Positions 1 to 8,763 of a DNA stretch of 64,000 nt are shown here, one piece after another. The DNA lies in sequence record PX880099.1. The stretch is one strand, 5' to 3'. Position numbers and translations under genes: made by a program. The notes under the pieces are model-generated. The model saw nothing but the letters and a program-made list of their open reading frames with translations, was not told where the DNA came from and did not search any database. This DNA is from a phage. The number at the start of each line of letters is the position of its first letter. The first letter of the stretch is position 1.

Positions 1-1167
1 ACGATCATATTGGATATAAACTCGCTCCTCGGTTACTTGCACGTCTACCACATTTTTAAATGTGTAGGTCTGTTGCGTAGTGTAGAGGACACGAACGACA
101 CTCTTCTTACCTACCGGAGGCTTCTTACGAGGCTTACGGTAACGTGGTTTAGGGTTGTTAGTTGGAAGCCAACCAACAATATCCCGATCATATCCAACAT
201 GACCCCAAGTGAAATGCGTAGCCGATCCACTATCCGTAGTTCCGTCACGAAAGAGAACTTCTACGTGACCACCACAAGGGCGGTGTCCACCATTATTATA
301 GTTGTATTTTGCCGTGCGCGGGAGAATGAAGTATTCTTTAATCGCCCACTCTTCCAGATTGTCGATATTCCAAGTGAATACTGTTCCCTTAGCAACATCT
401 GTTTGACCATTGTTGAAGCGAACCTGCACGAAATCTTCCGAAGGCATAACACCTGTGTTCGGCAGATATTCAAATGCAGTATCTTCCGCTACAAACTGTT
501 CTTCCTCTTGCTCCTCAATACTTGGCACAGGCGCAGCTTCATCGTATTTCGCAGCAAACATATTTTTAAATTCTTGAGCCGTGACTTCTACAAGGCCGCG
601 ATCACCAGTAGCAGCAGAGTGTGGGCGTGGTAAATCCCCAACTTCAATATGCATTGCATCTAAGCCTGCTTGACGATCAAAGAAGATAACCTTGCGGAAT
701 TGTTTATCTTTATATTGTGGCAGTTCATACATACTTGGATCGATTGTCTTCAAACGTTCAGCATCTTCTGGCTTCCAGAAGCTTTTACCTGTTGCAAATC
801 TAAAGTCTACCAGTAGTTTAACAACATCTCCTAATGATAAACTATCTGCATCTACGAAAACGTCTTCGATTCCCAATAACCCTGATTTCTTAAGAATCAA
901 ATCTAACATGTAACCTCCTGTGGTTTGTTCTGCGTCTGGATAACGATCAACACTGGTGCTGGTTACACCGTTTATTTCACCAGTGGAGGCATTGTAGGAA
1001 ATATATGGGAAGGTCATATCGTTCATTGCAAAATCACCTGAACAGGTTGGATCATCTTCTCCCTCCCAGCCATACACCTTCACAATACCTTCACACAATT
1101 TGTCATACACACCAGCGCGACGTGCTGCTTCAGCAACTTCCTGTTTACGGGCAAATTTATTAATCAT
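1..1167 (-). CDS. hypothetical protein, N-terminal 389 codons (gene continues beyond window start)
   Basis: Reverse-strand frame open from ATG at 1165-1167 (AGGAGG upstream) to the window edge, translated by hand without a stop; absent from ORF track because no in-window stop. Confidence 0.55.
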   Translation of the reverse strand, partial: MINKFARKQEVAEAARRAGVYDKLCEGIVKVYGWEGEDDPTCSGDFAMNDMTFPYISYNASTGEINGVTSTSVDRYPDAEQTTGGYMLDLILKKSGLLGIEDVFVDADSLSLGDVVKLLVDFRFATGKSFWKPEDAERLKTIDPSMYELPQYKDKQFRKVIFFDRQAGLDAMHIEVGDLPRPHSAATGDRGLVEVTAQEFKNMFAAKYDEAAPVPSIEEQEEEQFVAEDTAFEYLPNTGVMPSEDFVQVRFNNGQTDVAKGTVFTWNIDNLEEWAIKEYFILPRTAKYNYNNGGHRPCGGHVEVLFRDGTTDSGSATHFTWGHVGYDRDIVGWLPTNNPKPRYRKPRKKPPVGKKSVVRVLYTTQQTYTFKNVVDVQVTEERVYIQYDR

Positions 1168-1717
1168 GATTCCTCCTGTTAATTGCCATAGATGCACGAG
1201 GTTCGGCTATGGCTGTTGCATAAATATATGGATGACCTTGTGGGGACAATCTTGTTCCGAATGACCCTAATTCTAAACCATTCATGTCTTCCACGTCAAG
1301 CCCTATTTCTGTTTCTACAATTCTTGTTTGGACTTTGTAGTAGGTCCAGAAGAAGTATCGCATTTCTTCGGCATACTCTTTCACTTCACCAAAGCTGGGA
1401 TAGAACTCAATCAACTCCAGCTTCAAGAAGATGTTGAAGTGAGAATCATCCAACACTTCCTCTGTGCGGTAACATGGTGTCAGGGCCATGTAGGGATGAC
1501 CAGCGATAAACTCGTAGCCATCCTTTTCCATTTGCAAGAATGATTGCTCGGCACTGGCAACATAAAACTTCCCATTAGGATGCCCCAAAGGAGCATCTTC
1601 TTTGCCAGGTGGCAGTGTGAATGCCAAAATATCTGCATCCACTAAATAAGGAACATCTAACATTTCAGCAAAGCGTCCATAACTCTGGATGGCTTCGGCA
1701 ATCACACCTGTGTTCAT
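1160..1717 (-). CDS. class II aminoacyl-tRNA-synthetase-like catalytic-core protein (function unknown)
   Basis: 185 aa; motif-2-like CYRTEE...ELIEF and motif-3-like GLELGSFGTRL; SD before ATG; start overlaps upstream stop. Confidence 0.4.
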   Translation of the reverse strand: MNTGVIAEAIQSYGRFAEMLDVPYLVDADILAFTLPPGKEDAPLGHPNGKFYVASAEQSFLQMEKDGYEFIAGHPYMALTPCYRTEEVLDDSHFNIFLKLELIEFYPSFGEVKEYAEEMRYFFWTYYKVQTRIVETEIGLDVEDMNGLELGSFGTRLSPQGHPYIYATAIAEPRASMAINRRNHD

Positions 1718-1965
1718 GACCTTCCTCCTGTGCGGAAAGCGCGTTTAGTAATGTTGGACATAATGATTAAATCTTGTAAAGTCATATCTGGGAACTGTTG
1801 TTCTAAAACTCCCTCGACAGCCCCTATAATATCTGACAATTCAACAAGTTGCATTATTTTGCAATCCTGCTCAACAGCATCAAAAAGTTCTTCTACTTCC
1901 TCTTTAATCTTTTCTATGCTGCCATAAGGTTGTTTCTTAATGTCTGTTATGTGATACCCTGCCAT
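1714..1965 (-). CDS. small protein, possibly MazG-like NTP pyrophosphohydrolase fold
   Basis: 83 aa, EEVEELFDAVEQD...LSDIIG pattern; SD before ATG. Confidence 0.3.
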   Translation of the reverse strand: MAGYHITDIKKQPYGSIEKIKEEVEELFDAVEQDCKIMQLVELSDIIGAVEGVLEQQFPDMTLQDLIIMSNITKRAFRTGGRS

Positions 1966-3558
1966 TTAACGATCCTCTCTGATTTGATTAATCTTACGAG
2001 CAAGGGCAGCTATAAGCTTATCTTCTTCAGATACAGGAGCCGTGCTCTTACCTAAACGATGCATGTCTAAAATCTCTTGAACAGTTCGGTTCCATTGCAG
2101 ACATTTAATACAACGTGTATGTGCAACATACAGAAGATTTCGTTCTGATTCTTCAAGACCTACCCACTCACCCTTCTTATCGTAATTAGAAGGGAAGTCA
2201 TTTGCAACAATAACCTGATCCCATTCCAAACCTTTTGATTTGTGGGCTGTAGTTAAAGTAACTTTAGCCGTTGGAGAGTTACGGTGCATACGTAAAGTGT
2301 ATGCAATATTATTAGCTTTACCAGAAACAACAATGTTTAAAAGTCGTTTTGCATCAGGATCTGATTCTGCACACTCTACAAATTCTTCCCAAGAAGTGTA
2401 AGGTAGAACTGTCTCATGCTTAACTTTGTCCAAATCACCTCTACGTAAAGCATTAACACTATCAACCATAGAAATGAAATCTTTGGTATCTACGTTAATA
2501 ATAATCTCTTCTCCGTTAGCGATTCGGTCCATAGCTTCGAGCAACAGGGTCAAATTCTTACGGAAAATAATGGTGTAAGGTTTACTATAATCTACCACAT
2601 CAGAATGAAAACTTCCAGTGACAGTATCATAACCTTTCCCTACCAGCGGATGCTTCAGAGGTGAGCGATCAGAAAGGATCGCATTAGCAATGTCCGCAAC
2701 TTTAGGACCAAAGCGAAAACAAGCTGTCAGAGGCAACTCAACCCCATATGTAGCCGTTTGCTTCATCATGTTCTGGCTTCCACGGAACTGATAAATACTC
2801 TGAAACTCATCACCCACAACAACAATACGTTTAGCCGATTTAGCATTGCGAAGGATAGACAGGAATGCAGGGTTAACATCCTGGAATTCATCTCCAAAAA
2901 TAATATCGTATCCTAAATCTTCTTTACTCAATTCAAAGAGTTTCACATAGGTGTCATGAGTCATAATGGTTTCTGATTTAGGATCAATACGCTCACGCCA
3001 AAGTTGCTTCGCATATTTAACAACTTCGTTAATAAGTTTTTGTTCGTTGATGTTCTTACGTTTAAGATCTGACATATGCACTTTAGGAAAATGTTTATGT
3101 CCAATATGTTCATCGTCAGAAAACTCGTATTTAGCTAAAGTTTGTTTTACCATTAACCCGATCATTGCACGAGTCAGTAGCACTTTACCATTCTTATCAA
3201 TCAAGTTCTGAATCTTGAATTTTTTGGCAATCTCACTACCAGTTCCAGCTACGTTAACATATTGACCTTCTGGACGAGACAATTTGTGTCGAAGGTTTTG
3301 TGGAAGACGCTGGTAACAGATTGAATGTAGCGTTCGGCACATAACATTAGGCGGCATTTTACGTCGAGCTTCCTCTGCCATACTTTTGTTAAACGCCAAG
3401 TATAGAATACTATCATTTGTGCCATTAGCCAACATATACAGCGTTGACGTTTTACCTGATCCAGATTTAGCTTGAATTGTAACGAAACGATTTTCTTGAT
3501 ACCCACTTTCAATAGCGTATTGTTCGTCGGTAGGTGTAAAACTCAATTGTGTAGACAC
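1966..3558 (-). CDS. UvrD/Rep-family SF1 DNA helicase
   Basis: 530 aa; Walker A AKSGSGKT, DEFQD box, VGDEFQSIYQFRGS, KSKGLEWDQV, VAHTRC; GTG start with strong SD. Confidence 0.85.
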   Translation of the reverse strand: MSTQLSFTPTDEQYAIESGYQENRFVTIQAKSGSGKTSTLYMLANGTNDSILYLAFNKSMAEEARRKMPPNVMCRTLHSICYQRLPQNLRHKLSRPEGQYVNVAGTGSEIAKKFKIQNLIDKNGKVLLTRAMIGLMVKQTLAKYEFSDDEHIGHKHFPKVHMSDLKRKNINEQKLINEVVKYAKQLWRERIDPKSETIMTHDTYVKLFELSKEDLGYDIIFGDEFQDVNPAFLSILRNAKSAKRIVVVGDEFQSIYQFRGSQNMMKQTATYGVELPLTACFRFGPKVADIANAILSDRSPLKHPLVGKGYDTVTGSFHSDVVDYSKPYTIIFRKNLTLLLEAMDRIANGEEIIINVDTKDFISMVDSVNALRRGDLDKVKHETVLPYTSWEEFVECAESDPDAKRLLNIVVSGKANNIAYTLRMHRNSPTAKVTLTTAHKSKGLEWDQVIVANDFPSNYDKKGEWVGLEESERNLLYVAHTRCIKCLQWNRTVQEILDMHRLGKSTAPVSEEDKLIAALARKINQIREDR

Positions 3559-3572
3559 GTATTTCTCCTCTC

Positions 3573-4082
3573 TTAATAAAAACTCTTGACAATCCTCATC
3601 ATTTCCTTAGCTCTGCTGGCATAAGGTTCTTTTAGATTAGGTGGCAAATGTGCATTAATGTATCCCATTTGTTTTTCCCATGTCCACTTATCTTTAAATC
3701 TTGGCATGGTATCTCCTGCTAAACTGTTTTCTTTTCGTGTTTGAATAATCCAATTACATGGAAAATGCACACCACCTTTACGGAAGGGAATATAATGTCC
3801 CAATGTGAATGCCTTATTGTTCTTTAAACGTCCAGCTAAATTAAGATTAACAATAAGACTACGAAACACATAGTATTGATAAAGATTGTCAACAGTATAT
3901 ACAGAGTAGTATGCTCTAAGTGCATTATCTCTACTAAGATTACCAACATCCAAACTGCACCAGTTTAAATTACTTGGATCATAGTTGTGATTATCAATCC
4001 ATTCTTCTCTTTCCTCAAATTCTGCATTAACAGCAGATTGCCCTGCTGTAGATACAAAAAGAGAATTTGCATCAAAGAACAT
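3573..4082 (-). CDS. hypothetical protein
   Basis: 169 aa ORF, SD AAGGAGGGAG before ATG. Confidence 0.55.
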   Translation of the reverse strand: MFFDANSLFVSTAGQSAVNAEFEEREEWIDNHNYDPSNLNWCSLDVGNLSRDNALRAYYSVYTVDNLYQYYVFRSLIVNLNLAGRLKNNKAFTLGHYIPFRKGGVHFPCNWIIQTRKENSLAGDTMPRFKDKWTWEKQMGYINAHLPPNLKEPYASRAKEMMRIVKSFY

Positions 4083-4092
4083 ACTCCCTCCT

Positions 4093-4446
4093 TTAGTTTA
4101 CATCGTTTAGAGCATTACCAATCTTTAAGATAATAACATCGTTAAGGGCTTCTTCTCCATTAAGGCCAGAGAAAGCAGGAGTAACGAAAGTTACCATATA
4201 ATAATGGTCTTCTTGTAGGATTGCGATAACGCCGTCTAGTTTAACATCTCCTGTGAAACGAAAAACTTTCAACTTTTGTTCTAAAGGAAGATCTCCTTCA
4301 ACATTTAAAACCATATCTCCAACACCAAACTTTTCTGCCCCGATGTAGATGTAAGCTTGGTCCTCTTTTTTATGATAATACAGTGTTGCTTGTTTGTCTT
4401 GTAGTGTTGTGATACCAAACACATCTACATCAATAATATTTTTCAA
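4093..4446 (-). CDS. hypothetical protein (probable TTG start)
   Basis: Track ORF 4093-4503 overlaps upstream gene by 61 nt; GGAGGAG followed by TTG at 4444-4446 gives a TTGA-coupled start. Confidence 0.4.
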   Translation of the reverse strand: MKNIIDVDVFGITTLQDKQATLYYHKKEDQAYIYIGAEKFGVGDMVLNVEGDLPLEQKLKVFRFTGDVKLDGVIAILQEDHYYMVTFVTPAFSGLNGEEALNDVIILKIGNALNDVN

Positions 4447-4811
4447 AAATTCTCCTCCCAAATCCAATAATTGTCTACATAAGTAGGATGCCTTTTGTCC
4501 CACTCTTTTCTAGCCCAAGCCACGGCTGCTATCAATACATCTCCATGACAAGGTTGAGGGGAGCAGAAGCAAACTAAATCTTTCCCTTCTAGCTCTAATA
4601 AATCTTCAAGAGTGATCTTACCACAACGAATTTGCTCCCACAACCACTCTTTATACCTTTGTATAGTTGATCCTCGTGGTTCATCATCTTTTAACTTAAA
4701 AGGGTTTGCAAACTTGGAGGCTTTTAGTCCCATATGTGGCATTGCTCTACCAATATAAACAGCACCTTCTGGGATTGTTTTGCCTAAATGGTAAAAGTTT
4801 AATACCTTCAT
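4443..4811 (-). CDS. DUF4326-family protein
   Basis: 122 aa; VYIGR...ANPF...CFCSPQPCHGDVL pattern typical of DUF4326. Confidence 0.65.
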   Translation of the reverse strand: MKVLNFYHLGKTIPEGAVYIGRAMPHMGLKASKFANPFKLKDDEPRGSTIQRYKEWLWEQIRCGKITLEDLLELEGKDLVCFCSPQPCHGDVLIAAVAWARKEWDKRHPTYVDNYWIWEENF

Positions 4812-4812
4812 A

Positions 4813-5175
4813 TTAACCTAAACACATACGTGCGATCAGACCTTGAATTAGTTTATCTGCTTCTTCTCGATCATAGTCGGTATCTTCTATACCACCATCT
4901 TCGTCACGATAAACTTTACCTTCCAGGTACCCAGCATCGATCAAACCAATAATCAAATCGAACTGCCAACAAGAATTACCGAAAGGACGTTTTCCACTGA
5001 AACTGTCTTCTTCTTCCCAAAGTGTAGAGAGCAGTCGTCTGAAATATTCACGCACAGTAACAGTGCCAAGATCATCGTCTTCAAAAACAACATCTAAAGC
5101 ATCTGGTTCAGCTTTATCTACAACAGGCACATAACGTTGACCATTAATAACAACATCTACAATCGTTTCTCTCAT
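4813..5175 (-). CDS. hypothetical protein
   Basis: 120 aa ORF, SD GAAGGAGG before ATG. Confidence 0.55.
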   Translation of the reverse strand: MRETIVDVVINGQRYVPVVDKAEPDALDVVFEDDDLGTVTVREYFRRLLSTLWEEEDSFSGKRPFGNSCWQFDLIIGLIDAGYLEGKVYRDEDGGIEDTDYDREEADKLIQGLIARMCLG

Positions 5176-5531
5176 TTTTCCTCCTTCTTGTATTCTAAGA
5201 ACATGTCAACTTCATAAGCTGCCCGTTCATTAAATTTACTAGGATCTACTAAAATAAAAAGTTGTTTATTTATATCTTGAAACTCTTTTACTACAATGTA
5301 AAGGTGTTTCTTACAAGAGAAGCCTGTTGCTTGATAAGCATCGCCCCAATCATCCACACCTTTTAATGTTTCTACATACTTACATTTTATTTTATCTTTA
5401 CCGTCTTGGTAAAGTGCTTCACCTCCGAACCATGTGAAGAATTTAGTGCGATCTGCCCCAACCTTAAAGCCGTCACGAGCAAAAACACCAGTAGAGGCTA
5501 ATAACAGCAAGGCAAACAGCACTTTTCTCAT
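5172..5531 (-). CDS. secreted protein with N-terminal signal peptide
   Basis: MRKVLFALLLLASTGVFA signal-like N-terminus; ATG at 5529-5531 with GAGGAG SD (track start is an upstream GTG). Confidence 0.55.
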   Translation of the reverse strand: MRKVLFALLLLASTGVFARDGFKVGADRTKFFTWFGGEALYQDGKDKIKCKYVETLKGVDDWGDAYQATGFSCKKHLYIVVKEFQDINKQLFILVDPSKFNERAAYEVDMFLEYKKEEK

Positions 5532-5839
5532 CACATCTCCTCGTCGGACTTCAAGGCTTTAGAGAATACTACATTAAACATTTCACCGCAACCATTATTA
5601 ACATAATACATGATGTAATTATCATCTTCGTCTACAGGCGCACGATACTCCAATTCATAACTATACAGATTAGAATTACTTGTGCAACCTTGTGGATACC
5701 AAAAGTAAAGTTCACCACAAGATTCTACCCATTTAAGACCAGTCCGATCTTCAAACACCAATGTAGAAGGGTTTTCTGAATCTTTCACAGCTTCTTCATA
5801 CTGTTGATGTACCATAACTGCTAATGATAATGTACTCAT
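5531..5839 (-). CDS. hypothetical protein
   Basis: ORF with GGAGG SD; start re-picked to ATG (MSTLSL). Confidence 0.5.
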   Translation of the reverse strand: MSTLSLAVMVHQQYEEAVKDSENPSTLVFEDRTGLKWVESCGELYFWYPQGCTSNSNLYSYELEYRAPVDEDDNYIMYYVNNGCGEMFNVVFSKALKSDEEM

Positions 5840-6012
5840 CACGCCTCCAAATAGTGTTTACAAATGACAAAACGCCATGTTTGTTTATAATAGTCTCTTT
5901 TTTCAAGAGCCTCTTTGTAAGAGGGTATACGTTGCGACAGAAGCATCCATTCACAATCTGCACCCATTCTTCCATAAAGCGCGTAACGGATGTTACTTTG
6001 TTTATCTCCCAT
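5839..6012 (-). CDS. small hypothetical protein (57 aa)
   Basis: Hand-translated ORF MGDKQSNIRYALYGRMGADCEW..., AAGGAGG SD; below track length cutoff. Confidence 0.4.
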   Translation of the reverse strand: MGDKQSNIRYALYGRMGADCEWMLLSQRIPSYKEALEKRDYYKQTWRFVICKHYLEA

Positions 6013-6055
6013 AAATGCCTCCTTAATCTTGTTTACAAGTATACCCTCTAATTAG

Positions 6056-6253
6056 TTACACTTTTTCCCAAGTACCAAAAGCACAGGAAGGGTAGATTCC
6101 AACTTGAGGGTTTCCGTTATCATCTTTGAAAGTAAAACTGTTGTTGTCTTTATCAAGAACTGTAGAATAAATCTTACCAACAGTAACGCAGTTGGAAGCT
6201 TGACCCAGTTCAGTAAGAGTAAGACATTTCATTTTCTGTTTCTTTGTAGCCAT
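6056..6253 (-). CDS. hypothetical protein
   Basis: 65 aa ORF, SD AAGGAGAC before ATG. Confidence 0.5.
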   Translation of the reverse strand: MATKKQKMKCLTLTELGQASNCVTVGKIYSTVLDKDNNSFTFKDDNGNPQVGIYPSCAFGTWEKV

Positions 6254-6335
6254 TTATAAAGTCTCCTTAGTAAGTGAATCTTTATTCTCCACAAAGAGCT
6301 TTGCACATGTCAAGTAACTCTTTGTGAGATTAATC

Positions 6336-6605
6336 TTAATGATTGATGATGTTGATGACGATCTTAGTTTCAACCTTAGCCCAACAGGAATCTGCTTCAT
6401 TAAAACGACTATTTGCAATGTATTCTCCTGCACGAGAACCTGTTAAGCAAACTGCACCTGTATCTGTAGCTAAGTAGTAGTCCCGTTCTTGTTCATTTAC
6501 TTCTGAGTTGTAGTAATAGAAAACAGACATAGGTTCAATTTCAGATAAACGGTATAACTTTGGAACAGGGGATTTCTCGATAAACTCAACAGAAGTTTTA
6601 CTCAT
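6336..6605 (-). CDS. hypothetical protein
   Basis: 89 aa ORF, SD AGGAGAA. Confidence 0.5.
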   Translation of the reverse strand: MSKTSVEFIEKSPVPKLYRLSEIEPMSVFYYYNSEVNEQERDYYLATDTGAVCLTGSRAGEYIANSRFNEADSCWAKVETKIVINIINH

Positions 6606-6799
6606 TTGTTTTCTCCTAGATCTAAACTAATTAAGAAGTCACGAAGGATGATCATTTGTTCTGTAGACAATGATAATACACCTTCTCCATAAATATCACC
6701 AGACCATTCAGCAGTTAGATCTAGTGTACCAGTACCAGGAAACCAATCAATAGTGATCTGATTACCATTAGAGTCAGGTAGTATTTCACTGACTAACAT
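6602..6799 (-). CDS. hypothetical protein
   Basis: Start re-picked to internal ATG (MLVSEIL) which has a strong SD AATAGGAGAG; track start lacks SD. Confidence 0.45.
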   Translation of the reverse strand: MLVSEILPDSNGNQITIDWFPGTGTLDLTAEWSGDIYGEGVLSLSTEQMIILRDFLISLDLGENK

Positions 6800-6915
6800 A
6801 ACACACTCTCCTATTATTGTTCTTGATCTTACGATCATCTACCGATAAGAACAAGTACTTAAATCTCTGTTCTTCGAACATCTAACGATAGAGATTAATC
6901 TATTACATAATCTAT

Positions 6916-6972
6916 ACTCGCTATCGCTCGACCCTTCGGGGTTAGGGTAGCATATTTTTTGAAAAAAGTCAA
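6916..6972. repeat. conserved 57-bp element, copy 1 (ACTCGCTATCGCTCG - hairpin - TAGGGTAGCATATTTTTTGAAAAAAGTCAA)
   Basis: About 88 percent identical to 43085-43141; internal hairpin ACCC-TTCG-GGGT differs in sequence but not position from copy 2. Confidence 0.6.
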
Positions 6973-7292
6973 CACTTATTTTTGGTAAGTAGATAAATCA
7001 ATTGTTCACCTGCTTCTGGTGCATATAGTGCTTTAGTATCGAAGTCAAAGAAGTGAGTGACTCCTGTTACTTTGGATGCCTGAATAGATAATCGTGCAAG
7101 CTTAAGCAGATTATCCATTTCTGCAATCTTTGCACGAAACACTGCACGTGTAGCGTCAAAAGCTGCATGTGGCATGTATTTACGATTTAGACTACTACGT
7201 TTAAATTTACGATAATCTGCAATGATCTTGTTACGTTCTTTGTTCAAGTGCTTTACCAGTGCAGTGTATACATGTGGTTCTTTGTTAGCCAT
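6969..7292 (-). CDS. hypothetical basic protein
   Basis: Start re-picked to ATG (MANKEPH) preceded by GAGGAG. Confidence 0.5.
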   Translation of the reverse strand: MANKEPHVYTALVKHLNKERNKIIADYRKFKRSSLNRKYMPHAAFDATRAVFRAKIAEMDNLLKLARLSIQASKVTGVTHFFDFDTKALYAPEAGEQLIYLLTKNKC

Positions 7293-7497
7293 TGTTAATC
7301 TCCTCTTCATATGTTGGTAGTGCATGGTATGCGATCACAGGTGCCAAGTCAAAATAAAAATGACCATTGATAACAGCTATCGTGCCATTGCGTGTTTTGT
7401 TAACTTCACAAAATCCCTTCTTGCCGTTTGCCATGATTACAAGCCACTCTCCGATAGGAACATCCTCGGTACCAGATACTTTAATCCATCCACTCAC
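7285..7497 (-). CDS. hypothetical protein (GTG start)
   Basis: 70 aa ORF, AGGGGAAG SD before GTG. Confidence 0.45.
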   Translation of the reverse strand: MSGWIKVSGTEDVPIGEWLVIMANGKKGFCEVNKTRNGTIAVINGHFYFDLAPVIAYHALPTYEEEINNG

Positions 7498-7751
7498 TTT
7501 ACTTCCCCTTTGTAATCGGACACTATACCAGGTCTTACTTTTGCCTTAAGATGTTTCAACTCTACCATAGGAGTTGCCACTTGTATAGGGCTAACTTCAA
7601 CCTTGTAGATAGTATATTCATAAGTCGCATATTTACCGATGGAATGCAAATACTTAATTGCGTGTTCAGGGGAATCTGCTTCAACATACCCTAAATCTTT
7701 CGTAGTACGACCTTCGGTATCGCCTTCAGTGGTTACGTGATAAAGTGTCAT
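7494..7751 (-). CDS. hypothetical protein
   Basis: 85 aa ORF, SD GAAGGAGG. Confidence 0.5.
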   Translation of the reverse strand: MTLYHVTTEGDTEGRTTKDLGYVEADSPEHAIKYLHSIGKYATYEYTIYKVEVSPIQVATPMVELKHLKAKVRPGIVSDYKGEVK

Positions 7752-8071
7752 AAAACCTCCTTCTGGTTGGCTGCTTCAATCATAACGTTAAGAGTCTCCA
7801 TACCGCTTTCAACTGCTTGAGCAATCTCTTGGAACACTGTTTTCTTAAAGATGTATAAAGATCCTGCCTGTAAGCGTTGCACACAGCATAAGAGGGTTTG
7901 GTGATCCATAACAAAGTCTCCATAAGCACAATCAATTTTCCCTGTGATTGGGTTGTCTCGTGAGCGAGGATCGTATTCTAATGTGATATGCGTTACACCA
8001 GGTAAAGTAACAAACTGACAACGGATGTTGACACGTGGTGCAATTGACACGCTAAACAAACTGTTTGACAT
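7748..8071 (-). CDS. hypothetical protein
   Basis: 107 aa ORF, SD GAGGAGG. Confidence 0.5.
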   Translation of the reverse strand: MSNSLFSVSIAPRVNIRCQFVTLPGVTHITLEYDPRSRDNPITGKIDCAYGDFVMDHQTLLCCVQRLQAGSLYIFKKTVFQEIAQAVESGMETLNVMIEAANQKEVL

Positions 8072-8218
8072 TTAAACCTCCTCGTAGTAAGGCAAAGTTT
8101 TGATCAGCTGTTCTGAAGTGCCATTCTCTGTCCATGTAACCCCGTTGTCAAGAGAAACATACCCTTTCTTATCGATAAATTTACGGAGACAACCAGTGAA
8201 CTTGTTTTTGTAGATCAT
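8072..8218 (-). CDS. small hypothetical protein (48 aa)
   Basis: Hand-translated MIYKNKFTGCLRKF..., fills the gap between flanking genes, ATGA overlap. Confidence 0.4.
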   Translation of the reverse strand: MIYKNKFTGCLRKFIDKKGYVSLDNGVTWTENGTSEQLIKTLPYYEEV

Positions 8219-8649
8219 TTCTTCTTTCCTTTCTTTAATTTGTTGTGACCTTTACCCTTATAAAGCTTGTGATTACGAGCAGATGGGTTATTTTGGTTCT
8301 CCAGTCGGCTAACAGGTGTATTCCAAAGATTTCCTGCTACAAAAGATGCTGCCACAAGTTCTTCCAGGTATACAAAATCCAAAGCAGGTATCTTTGTTTC
8401 CCTCATCTTGCGTTCTACATTAGACAACACGCCTTCTTCCTTACTGTCTTCTTTTTCAATTACAGACCAACCCTCTTCCTGCCAAGCTTCCCCTCTGAAC
8501 CAAGTTTCCATGTTATAACCTTGTTCGTCGAGAATAACACCATCTCGCATCTCAAACCATTCACCACCGCAAAAATAACTGTGCTCAACACGTCTACCTT
8601 CCTTCATTGCTTCTTTAGCTTCGGTCCAAGTCAGTTTGATGTTTTGCAT
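8215..8649 (-). CDS. DUF2829-like protein (possible Tad2-type signal-sequestering anti-defence protein) with basic C-terminal tail
   Basis: N-terminal WTEAKEAMKEGRRV...GEW and later EEGWSVIE resemble DUF2829; first gene after the promoter at 8680-8707. Confidence 0.45.
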   Translation of the reverse strand: MQNIKLTWTEAKEAMKEGRRVEHSYFCGGEWFEMRDGVILDEQGYNMETWFRGEAWQEEGWSVIEKEDSKEEGVLSNVERKMRETKIPALDFVYLEELVAASFVAGNLWNTPVSRLENQNNPSARNHKLYKGKGHNKLKKGKKK

Positions 8650-8679
8650 TTGTTTTCTCCTCTTGTTTTGTATGAGTTG

Positions 8680-8707
8680 ATCTTAACAGGACTAAAAAGC
8701 ATGTCAA
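8680..8707 (-). promoter_or_regulatory. sigma70-type promoter for the minus-strand operon (TTGACA-16-TAAGAT)
   Basis: Reverse complement reads TTGACATGCTTTTTAGTCCTGTTAAGAT, same architecture as the PeSL promoters. Confidence 0.45.
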
Positions 8708-8763
8708 TACTTGATCTGAAATTATTTTCAGGTATCATATATGAACATTAACAAGAGAGGTAG

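Noticed and set aside
10-633. 207-aa plus-strand ORF at the window start
   Set aside because: Low-complexity, stop-poor antisense frame of the real minus-strand gene (1-1167), which has a strong SD and a coherent translation.
6880-6975. Possible tRNA or tmRNA-like gene in the 57-bp repeat region
   Set aside because: No T-loop GTTCGAATC-type signature or cloverleaf could be built on either strand; no tRNA was recognisable anywhere in the window by eye.
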